From: Trypethelium eluteriae
Taxonomy: Eukaryota
Direction: 5' to 3'
Length of the DNA: 31,288 bases
Assembly (NCBI GenBank): GCA_051942245.1
Contig: JAVECL010000026.1
Location: 62,001 to 93,288 of the forward strand
Shown piece after piece: positions 11,521 through 21,787 of the stretch. Numbering within the stretch: the stretch's first letter is position 1; every line of letters begins with the position of its first letter. The translations under genes and the position numbers were made by a program. The notes below the pieces were generated by a model. That model saw nothing but the letters and a program-made list of their open reading frames with translations. It was not told the origin of the DNA and did no database searches.

Positions 11521-12126
11521 GGGATAAGTCTTTTAATCTTGCGCGAGGGGTAATCCTCTAACGGACCTCGAATACTCATAATGGCTAAAGTCGCCAGAAC
11601 TAATTGTAATGGGTAACCTACAGTATAATTTTTATACATTGTATTGGATGAAAAGATTTTTGCTTTAACAATCTTGATCTTGGCAAAAGTGCTGCTTGTT
11701 CCGTCACTACCTTAATAATGGCGTCGCCCTCGGCGATCCCTCCCCACTTCAAGGCGTTAGAATACCCGGACAAGTATTAATATCCTTAACCTAGCAAAAT
11801 CGAGGTCGCCACCTTCAGAGGTGAGTGCAGAGGCGGAAAACTTGAGGGTGAGGCTCATCTCGTAATCAAGTTAGATTCGGCTATCCATGCAGCAATGCCT
11901 TGACTGTTCACCATTTATAAAGTTGCAGAAAAAAAACCTCATTTAACGTCAGATAGGTACAGTAATGATAAGCTTATCCTAAAGGAAACTCCGCGAAACC
12001 GCAAGTTCTTGTAGACCAGTCTTACAAAGTCGTAAACAAAAAACCTCCGATTCGAGAAAATTTCACGTATAAACGAATTTCAGCACTTGACAGGTCACGG
12101 CTAAGAACACACAAAAACCACCAGAC

Positions 12127-13370
12127 ATGGACTCCACAGCCATAACCCCCTGCCACATCGACATCCCGCAATCCGCCCTCGACGACCTACACCACCGCCT
12201 CTCCCTCACGCGCTGGGCCCCTGCCGAGACCGCGCCCGCCTCCGTCCCCTAGTCCCAAGGCGTACCCCTCGCCACACTCCAACGGCTCGTCCGCTACTGG
12301 CGCGACGCGTACGACTGGCGCCGCTACGAGACCCTCCTCAACTCCTGGCCCTCTTTCCGCACCACCATTTTCGGCGTCGCTATCCACTTCCTGCATATCC
12401 GGTCGCGGCACGAGCGCGCGCTGCCGCTCTTGCTGACGCATGGCTGGCCCGGGTCCGTGCTGGAGTTTAGGCATGTGGTGGAGCCTTTGACGGAGCCAAA
12501 GACGGCGAGTGGTGGTGGGGGAGCAGAGGAGGAGGAGGAGGCGGAGGTGAGGAAAGAGGTGTTTCATTTGGTGATCCCGTCGCTGCCGGGGTTTGGGTTT
12601 TCCGGGAAGCCGGAGGAGGCGGGGTGGAATCCCGGGAGGATTGCGAGGGCGTGGGCGGTGTTGATGGAGCGGTTAGGGTATGAGAGATGGGTCGCGCAAG
12701 GAGGTAATGTCAACCCCTGATCAACATCCGTCCGGCTGTTCATTTCGTTCTGGTTGTTGCAGGTGATTGGGGTGCGGACGTCACCGCGGAATTAGGTCGA
12801 CTGGCTCCTCCTGGGCTGATCGCGATCCATATGAATTCGTTGTTTTATGACGTTAAGAAAGAAATTAAGGGGGAGCCTTCGAATGAAGAGCTGAAAGCAC
12901 TGAAGCTTCAGGAGGAGTTCGATCAGGATGAGGCCGGGTATGCCAATATACAAATGACCAGGCCTCAAACGCTAGGATACGGGCTCGTCGATTCCCCTGT
13001 AGGGCAGGCGGCGTGGATCTATGAGAAATTCCATGGCTGGTCGCACCATGATGGTAACGTCGAGTCTGTCTTCTCGAAGGACGAGATGCTCGACACCATC
13101 ATGCTATACTGGTTGACCAACTCCGCAGCGTCGTCAGCTCGGATTTATTGGGAGAAGCTGGACACGAACGCGATACCCATTACAATTCCTGTTGGTGCCT
13201 CTTGGTTTCCTGGAGATCAAACCTTCGCTCCGAGGCAGTGGTGTGAGCGATATTACAGCAATCTCATTCATTGGAAAGAGGTCGAGAAAGGTGGTCATTT
13301 TGCTGCCTGGGAGCAGCCGGGGATTTTTGTACGTGAAATACAGGATTGCTTTCGGAAAGTGTTGAAATAG
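12127..13370 (+). pseudogene. Epoxide hydrolase (EHN N-terminal domain plus alpha/beta hydrolase) with one in-frame premature TAG
   Basis: ATG at 12127. Exons 12127-12703 and 12763-13370 total 1185 nt (394 codons plus stop). TAG at codon 42 (12250-12252) lies in VP*SQGVP. HGWPGS, PSLPGFGFS, QGGDWG, RPQTLGYGL and GGHFAAWEQP are intact. Confidence 0.85.
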
Positions 13371-13910
13371 ATCAGGGGGAGAATCCCTGGAAATCCAGCG
13401 TGATCATACGTGTGCAGGTGTCCTGACGCACGTAGCCACACCCAGCACATCAATTCAAGTCGGGAACTTTAGCTCCAAATCGAGAAAGACGGTTGTGAGT
13501 CCAACGGGCTCGCAGTAGGAATAGTGCAGTTATAGGGGTGCTGCAATGAAGCGTCCCAGTCGGGTAACAATATGTACTCGGCCGGACTCCAGCGAGCCGA
13601 TGGGTTGTTAGCCATCGGGCTCTACCACTCTCTTCTTTGGTGACACCAGATGCGGACATCTCATCATTCTCGTCTTCCTCAAATTTTCCTCCTCTATATC
13701 TCTCAGCGACTCCCACCACCGCGGGACGAGTGATTCATCTTGACTGTATGAATATGTGCAGTGACCCGAATGCCCTGGCCGGGTAACCTGATTCCTTCTC
13801 CAACGATCATTTCTTCTGGTCTTCTCACCGACCCGGACCCATGTAGAATGGCCATCGCTCAAGGAACTTCTTTTTCATTGTCCCTTCGCCCTATTTCATG
13901 AGTGAGCGCC

Positions 13911-15076
13911 CTATCTCCTAGAACTTAGCATGGCTCTATCGATCTCACGCTCAGCCTCCAACGTAGCGATGCAGTGCTGCAGCTCCGTGATTTTCGCATC
14001 TCTTGCTTTGATAGTCAGGCGTAGCATATCTCGGCTATGCAAAGAATTAGCAGTTGGGTCACTTCAGTGTAACGTCTCAATTCACTCACCCTTGAATGAA
14101 GCCTTGGACTTTGCGATCGTAACTCGCAAAGGACTCATGGATAGCATGTGTCGTTGCTTGATCTACTCGAATCTTGCGTTCCTGTAAGACGCTCAAGATC
14201 TCTTCCTCTAAGTGATCAACGCCAGTGCTCGGCACATCGGCATTTCGAAATCGTGCGGGAGTGGGTGTAGTGTCTGGAGCTTGCTGCCTCGAGCTTGCTG
14301 TCAAAAGGCGGTCTGAGGGGGTAGTGATAGTTTTATTTGACGGAGTAGAGAATGCTTCTTTGATCGATCCAGCTGAAGGAGAGGTATCATTATCCCGCAT
14401 CCACGGCAGTTTCCGGCGCTTTGGCGTCATCAATAACTCATCCCTTGATTTTGCAGGTGTTGCAGCATCAACGGCCTGTACCAGTTGTTCACTCTCCTCT
14501 CCCGTCAGATGCCAATTAAAAGAATCATCCTCATCAAAATCAACCTTTCGCTTCAACCCTCTTCCAGTATTTGTTGATGGTGGTGGGGACGGTAGGGTGC
14601 CGGCAGAGGAAGGGTCGTTTCGTAAAGTTGACGAAGAGTCTTGCCGATTTGGCTTCTTCGGCTCGTTCCTTGAGTTAGTCAAAATTGCCGCTTCTTCGCG
14701 TGGTTTCGCATCTTCATCCCAAAGAAAGAAGCCACACTTCTTGCTTTGACAAGTGTAAACTAATCCAGTCAATAGGCGTAATCAAGTTAGTCTGGCCGAG
14801 TCTAAAACGTACACCATCGCCCTGAGCTGGCAGTCAGACAGGTGAGAAGTGAGTGATTCTCTGCTGTGGCATACCGTGATTTGGTCCTTCTTTCTTTACT
14901 TTAAAATGTTCAGCGGGAAGTCGGGGTTCACAATCGCCTACGGTGATCAGCTGGCTTTCGTATGGAAGGAAGATCCTCTTACAGTGCCAAGCGCCATTGA
15001 CGAAGGCGCCGCGAGCGCGGTTGCGCGATGGGATATTTCCCTTTCGCCGGTAAGGTGTGCGCGGTTCTGTAGACAT
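13911..15076 (-). CDS. Uncharacterised GRF-type zinc finger protein with C-terminal coiled coil (319 aa)
   Basis: Exons 15076-14983, 14937-14875, 14821-14813, 14759-14090, 14034-13911 total 960 nt. Spliced N-terminus WHCDCEPRLPAEHFKVKKEGPNHGRWFYTCQSKKCGFFLWD fits zf-GRF (CxC...GRxFYxC...CxFFxW). NLS-like TPKRRK is present. Confidence 0.82.
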
Positions 15077-15601
15077 GCGTAGAGGTTGGAGCGAGAACTT
15101 GAGAACTATTGCGGAGGTTGGTCGTTGAGTTTCTTGTCTAGCGCCAACGTCATTTTAACTACCTAGTACCTAGAGGTTCACTCGGTAACGGAGCTTTTGA
15201 TATTAAATGTCCACCATAAGGTATATATTCCATAGTGACATCCCCCGCGCATGTATCTTCGCACGGAGAGCGATTACACGAACCAACTCGAACTCTACTA
15301 GTAACGTTCGGTGAATGGAATCTACTTCGGTTGTAGAACTAACTCATACCCCATCTACCCTAGTCTTCCTTCTTCCCCTTTTCTTTCCATTTTGGCTTAC
15401 CTTTTCCTTCTGGCTCTTTATAACTGATCCCTACTGTATTAGCCATGATAGCTTAGCTCGCAGAACACAGTGATAGGCCAGATGGGACTGGAAAGCTGTA
15501 TTGCCGCTAAGAATCCGTGTCTATGTCACTTGGTTTTTTCGCTATTCTAGGTGTTCAGCAAGGTAACCGCTACTCTACGCCGCACAACACGCCGCCAACA
15601 G

Positions 15602-16395
15602 TTATCCCGCTTTCTTCTTTTTGTCCTCGATGCACTCTACATTGTCCTCTGGGATATTCTCCAGATTCTCTTCGATCCAGTCGAACAGGTCATCACTCAC
15701 ATCGCCCTGCACTGTGATCTCCTCTCCTGTATTCCCTGCATTCTTTGTCACACTGCTCCCAGTCGCAAATCTCTTGCCCAGATCCTTAGCCACCTTCTTT
15801 AGGTCATATCCAAAGGCCTCCAATCCTGAGACGACTGTCACGTATTTACGCTTGTTACGCTCTACACGTTTGATGTAGATCATGCTATTCGCAAGCTTTT
15901 CGGCTTCCCGGGTGGCAGCTGCTTCGGCTTTGGCGGCTTTCTTCTGGGAGTCTTTTTCGGCTTTGGCGCGAGCTTCGACGGACAAGGAGGAGAGCTTCTC
16001 ATTTACGGCATCTGAAAGTAAAGCCATTAGTAACAATCTTCTCAGTCGGGTTGCGAAGCTGCTGGATGAAATGGAGGAAAGTACCTTCAGAGTACATCTT
16101 CGCGTGCATTTCGGGGTTGTTCTTTTTCAACCATTGCTCACATTTCGACACAGTGCCACCAAATTCGCAGTACTGTTTTAGGAGACGTCAGCTCCTTTTG
16201 TCGAATTATAGACGATCGTAAAATCTTTCGGACTGCCTACCTACTTCCGGCGGTAAAGAACAAACTGGAGGATGCAATTAGGTATCAGTAGCACATGTAC
16301 CCATTAGGAGACTTACCGCCACAGTAGATGACATGCTTCGCCGGAGGCACGTTTCGCTGTTGCACACTCTCTTCTGCCGCGTCGTCATCTGCCAT
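15602..16395 (-). CDS. TMA22: Translation machinery-associated protein 22 (DENR homolog, SUI1 domain), 198 aa
   Basis: Exons 16395-16317, 16264-16245, 16172-16085, 16011-15602 total 597 nt. YCGVCSLPPEYCEFG zinc motif; SUI1 domain RNKRKYVT...FATGSSV...ITVQGD. Confidence 0.95.
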
Positions 16396-16679
16396 GGTAA
16401 TATTGATGTGTAAAGCTCCAATTTACAGAAAACGTTGGATATGAAGGTGGGGGCGGGGCAAATGTGCCTTAGGCAAGGCAAGGTACAGCCCAACTTCAAG
16501 ATAGGGCTGACTAACCCGTGTACACATAGTGGACATAGCTGGAACTGCTCTGCATTCACTCGTCATTATGTAAAGCAAAGAATCGAATTTCAGTCGTAGT
16601 GAATAGATAGAATAAAGCGCCGGAGCACATCAATAGCTCCCAGCGCGGCCGCAAGAAGCCAAACCGGTTCTCGAAGCTA

Positions 16680-17740
16680 TTAAGCCACCCTAGCTGCGGC
16701 AACAAAAGCATCACTATCAGAAACGAATCCAAGGTTCGTCGAAATGTTATGGATTGCAACGTCATGAGCGTTGAGCTCTGTCAGTGTCGCTGCGCAGTCG
16801 GAGATGAGGATACAGTCCCAACCCCAACTGTAAGCATCAGTCAATGTTCCCAGCAGGCACTGGTCAGTATTGACACCAGTGAAAAGAAGAGTCTTCTTTG
16901 CGCTCTCCTGGAGATATCGGTGAAAAGGCAATTCAGGGCTCCAGAGCCCGCTCATACGAGCCTTGTCGAAGCGAAGGTCGCTATCAATCATAACGGCTTT
17001 TAGAGGATCGTAAATGTCTGCATTCCAGGTGCCTTTGAATAGGCACCGACCTTGATCTCCAGGAAGTTGCGATCCCTAGTCATTCGTAATAAGGATGATC
17101 AGCACAGCAACAATGTACAGGTAAGCAAGCTACTCATACGAGATTCACGTTCCATCCATAACCTCGCACTGAGAGGAGATTACGATTCCATCCTCGTGTA
17201 ACAGCCGGCGGCATCTTGCGGAGATCTTCTTCAGTAATACCCCAGTTGAGGAATGCGACTTGGATATTATCCTCTCGACAGCGCTCAATGACCTTCAGGG
17301 TTGGTTCAACGGCTGCCAACCCTCCTATCTAAAATCAGCCAGAGGGCAAGTGCCACGATCAGGAAGAGCTACTCAACGCACCAGGATGATGACAACATTC
17401 TGGATGCTTCGACAAAGTCAATAAATCAGTCCTTGGCAATAATGAGGCGACTGAGACTTACGATAAAGTAGTTTTGCATGTCGATCACGACAAGAACAGT
17501 CTTTTCAGGGTCGATCAAGACTCCGCGGTGATTGCGGATGCCATCGTCGGCTTCAATCAGCAATTTTTTCACAGAACCACGAGAGAGATCGAATTGTTTT
17601 GTGTCAGGATTGTACAGCCATTGGTCATCGCCTCCGCCAAACGGGACAAACTCGGCGGAGAGTGCGCCCGGTTCGGCGGAGGTGACCAGCTTAGATTTAA
17701 CGACGGTCTCTTCTAGAGTATTGACAATTCCTGGGGCCAT
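16680..17740 (-). CDS. Isochorismatase-family cysteine hydrolase (294 aa)
   Basis: Exons 17740-17462, 17406-17382, 17324-17140, 17075-16680 total 885 nt. Asp-Lys-Cys triad motifs: VIDMQNYF, FDKARMSG, FTGVNTDQC. Confidence 0.88.
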
Positions 17741-17924
17741 GAGATGTTGATAATGAAATGATGAAGAAACACGCTACAGGAATGAGGGCTTGATTTGGAT
17801 ACCTATTTTTGTTGTAGCGAGCGGAGTGAGTGCTGTGCAACGAGTGTTGGACAAAGCCAAGGTATATAGCGCTCTTCAGGAGGAAGCCCACAATCAAGAT
17901 ATAGCGGCGGAGCTGCGCTGAAGA

Positions 17925-18071
17925 AGATAGTTCAACTGAAAGAAAGGAAAGCGCAAGTGGGAAAAGTGCCTAATTTCTTTGTGGCTATCTTGCTCACAGA
18001 TAGCGACACGTCAAGATAACGGCTCACCGCTGAATTAGAGTTAAGACACGAGGACAAGCGTGCCGTGATAA
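17925..18071. promoter_or_regulatory. Cluster of five HGATAR (GATA-factor) sites upstream of the isochorismatase-family gene
   Basis: AGATAG 17925, CTATCT 17985, AGATAG 17998, AGATAA 18014 and TGATAA 18066, all within about 150 bp. Confidence 0.5.
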
Positions 18072-18675
18072 TTATAGACAGTTCATATCAAAGCCCCTTG
18101 CGTCGGCACAGTACGCGATTGGCAGCCAGAGCTGTACGTGCACGAAAGTGGAATCTTTGTAGAGAGGCGCGAGAGGTGTCAAAAAACCTGCATAACATAT
18201 TATGATTAAGGTTATTTACGCATGCAGGAGCAGGCCAGTGGCGCCACAGCTGTGGTGGCTGTCTTCCGACGTTGCGGACATCCGATCCGCACCAATCGTG
18301 TGGAGGCCTCACTAGCCACAATGTGGCGGTGGCTCTTGTGACTCCCGAACTTGGCAGAGGCGCAAAGGGACGAGTACATCGTCACACTTCGAAACCGCGT
18401 GCTCAAAGCCATAAATACCTCTTACTTCGCCTCGACTTTGGCTTCTCACATCTACAAACTCAAGACCTGTATTATCCAAATTTCCAGTGCTGTTTATAAT
18501 CAGCGTTTTCCCGGCAACTTCACTGAAAGCTCCTTGACTGGACCATCATTCACATGCCTTGAACTTTCCGACGGGCAGCTACTCTCATTAAGCTCCATTG
18601 AACGGGACGGTATATGATAACCACCTCCTAGGCAGACCATCTGCTCTCAAACCCCTCCCAGAGGGTTGAGGCACA

Positions 18676-21303
18676 ATGGCAGCGCTCGGTGAAGATCTTC
18701 TCGGAACCGTAAACAAACTCCAGGATCTTGTCTTTAACACTATCGGAAATGATTCCCTAGATCTCCCCCAGATCGTAAGAGATATTTCTCACCTCAAGGT
18801 CATGCAAAAGCTGATACTCATATTCTGTAGGTTGTCGTTGGTTCGCAATCATCCGGAAAGTCCTCAGTCCTTGAAAATATTGTTGGTAGAGACTTTTTAC
18901 CTCGAGGTAGCGGCATCGTCACTCGAAGACCTCTCATTCTCCAGCTCATAAATATCCCAAGCGATCGTGATGATAAACCAGAGGGCGATGAGGTTCATGC
19001 TCCGCATACACCTGCAAGCGTTGCTGGCCAGGGCGAATGGGCCGAGTTCAACCATGTTCCTGGCAGAAAATTTACTGATTTCGGCGATGTCAAAAGGGAG
19101 ATTGAAAATGAGACGGCAAGGATCGCAGGTAACAACAAAGGGATAAATAGACAACCAATAAACCTGAAGATTTACTCTCCGCATGTCCTGAGCCTGACCC
19201 TTGTGGATTTGCCCGGCTTGACCAAGGTTTGGATGCCTCATGCTCTTCACAGGTTCCCATACTAACACTTCTAGGTTCCAATCGGGGACCAGCCCTCAGA
19301 TATTGAAAAGCAAACGAGGAATCTAATTTCAGAGTACATCGCAAAACCAAACAGCATCATCCTTGCCGTCTCTCCTGCCAACGTTGATATCGTCAATTCC
19401 GAAGCCCTCAAACTTGCTCGCCATGTGGATCCATTGGGGAGACGAACAATAGGAGTTCTCACGAAGCTAGATCTTATGGATCACGGTACAAACGCCCTTG
19501 ACATACTATCGGGTCGGGTTTATCCTCTAAAACTGGGCTTTATTGGAGTAGTCAACCGATCACAACAAGATATTCAAGGAAACAAGGCGCTGGCTGATGC
19601 ACTGCAAACCGAACGAGACTTCTTCAGGCACCACCCCGCATACCGAAATATGGCGAACCGATGTGGTACTCAATTCCTTGCCAAAACTCTGAATACTACT
19701 CTGATGGGTCATATTCGAGATCGCTTACCAGACATCAAAGCTAGGCTCAATACTTTGATGGGTCAGACACAGCAAGAACTTGCCAGTTACGGCGACGTTA
19801 CGTTTACCGGCAAAGAGCATAGAGGGTCTTTGATATTGCAGCTAATGACCCGATTTGCTTCCTCCTTCATCTCCTCAATTGATGGTACTTCGTCGGAAAT
19901 CTCCACGAAAGAGCTCTGTGGGGGTGCTCGAATCTACTACATATTCAACTCTGTTTTCGGGAATTCTTTAGAAACCATCGATCCTACGACCAACCTCTCC
20001 GTACTTGACATCCGAACCGCTATTAGGAACTCAACAGGTCCTCGACCTAGCCTTTTTGTCCCAGAACTTGCCTTCGATCTTCTCGTGAAACCTCAAATTA
20101 AGCTCCTCGAGATACCAAGCCAACGATGTGTTGAACTTGTGTACGAAGAACTCATCAAAATATGTCACACCTGTGGCTCCACCGAGCTCAGTCGCTATCC
20201 ACGACTACAAGGCAAACTCATCGAAGTTGTGTCTGACCTCCTCCGCGAACAACTTGGTCCCTGTTCTACCTATGTCGAATCTCTCATTGCCATACAGCGG
20301 GCCTACATTAACACTAATCATCCTAACTTCCTTGGTGCTGCTGCTGCGATGTCATCCGTCATCAACGATAAACAAGAGAGCGAACGGAAAGCGGCAGTAG
20401 CTGAAGAGCGCAAAAAACGAGAACGGCGGCGCCAGAGAGAACTGAACGGCGTCAACGGTGTGGAAACACCCGAAGAAGAAGAGGAAGCCGAGGTGCCAGG
20501 CGAAAGAGCAGGGCAGCTCCCGCTTCGTCCCCACAGCTCAAAAGTGAGTAGGAGTATGTCACCAGCCGTGGGCCGAGCCGTCAATGGAACTCATACTGCA
20601 GCGCGAAATCGTGCGGGATCGCCTCCAAGGTTTGCCAACCAACAACCTGGCTCTGCCCGCGACAGCTTTCTCAACTACTTCTTTGGCAAGGATGGTGGCA
20701 TGGCAGCCGGAGGAGCCAGCAATCTACCAGCTGCCGGCACCTCAGGAAGTCTGGGGGGCGGTCCACGCCACGTCAGTCAGAATATCGAACCAAGTTTTGC
20801 GGGGAGCATCAGACGTGGCGAGACCAAAATCCCTGACCGACCTCAAGAACCCTCTTACGAGGATATCGAGGCTCCAACCTCTGGTCGAGAATACGACAGC
20901 CCCTTCGTAAGTTCCCTTCCCTCGGTCTCTTCCCCACCACTGTCTCCTCTTTATTACACGTGACTGATCATCCTCCTCTGCCTTACAGCCTCTCGAAAAC
21001 GAAGCACCGGCCCTCACTGAACGCGAAAACCTTGAGACTGAGCTGATCCGACGGCTCATCTCGTCTTACTTCAACATCGTGCGGGAGACGATCGCGGACC
21101 AGGTACCGAAGGCGGTCATGCACCTGCTTGTAAACCACTCCAAGGACGTGGTCCAGAATCGACTCGTCAGCGAGCTATACAAGGAGGATCTATTCCAGGA
21201 GCTGCTGTACGAGGATGATGCGATCAAGGCTGAGCGGGAGAAGTGCGAGAAGCTTTTGAGTACGTACAAGGAGGCGGCGAAGATTGTGGGCGAGGTTTTG
21301 TAG
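18676..21303 (+). CDS. DNM1: Dynamin-related GTPase Dnm1/Drp1 (mitochondrial fission), 813 aa
   Basis: Exons 18676-18774, 18831-19226, 19275-20906, 20989-21303 total 2442 nt. GSQSSGKS P-loop, DLPG, TKLD, middle domain, FLNYFFG insert-B motif, and GED with [13 protein letters not shown]. Confidence 0.96.
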
Positions 21304-21787
21304 GCAGTGAAAGGATGGAGGCTGCATGGGGAAGAAGTTGTATGCTGTGAGGTGTTTCCTGACTCGGCTCAAATTTGTAGACTATTGAGGCTCTCTCTCT
21401 TGTCCTATCTCATTCACTTTGAGCAGGCTGTGTGGCGGACATGGCCTAGCAGAGCTTTTGGCGTAGGGTAGATTTCCCGATCCGCTGGAGGCTGTCTCAC
21501 TCAATTTGAAGTATGGCATCGATACACAACTCTTGTCAATTCCTGCTGTATGAAGAATATGGTCAAAAGTCTTATGTAGCATATATTACGTCCTCTATAA
21601 AGAGAAATTCAGCTACTAGGTTTCGGACCACGATGCATGCCATGAATCAGGGGAGACGTTCGCGCAGATGTTTCCTATTTGGGAAAGTGGGCACGTGGGG
21701 TAATTCATTTCTTCGCCAGCATAAGATATAAGATGTCTCCCTCTCCATGTAGCTAATTGGCACACGGACGACTGTCAATTGAACATC

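Noticed and set aside
13380..13900. Short minus-strand ORFs (13450-13719, 13608-13862) between the hydrolase and the zf-GRF gene
   Set aside because: No convincing start, motif or consistent splice model; most likely convergent 3' UTRs.
14225..14749. 174-aa antisense ORF, and similar antisense ORFs over SDH1, RPT1, TMA22, DNM1 and gtaA
   Set aside because: Mirror frames of real genes with no independent coding signal; many use GTG/TTG starts, which are not normal in fungi.
18614..18631. Tiny upstream ORF (ATG ATA ACC ACC TCC TAG) before DNM1
   Set aside because: The transcription start is unknown and such short ORFs are common by chance.
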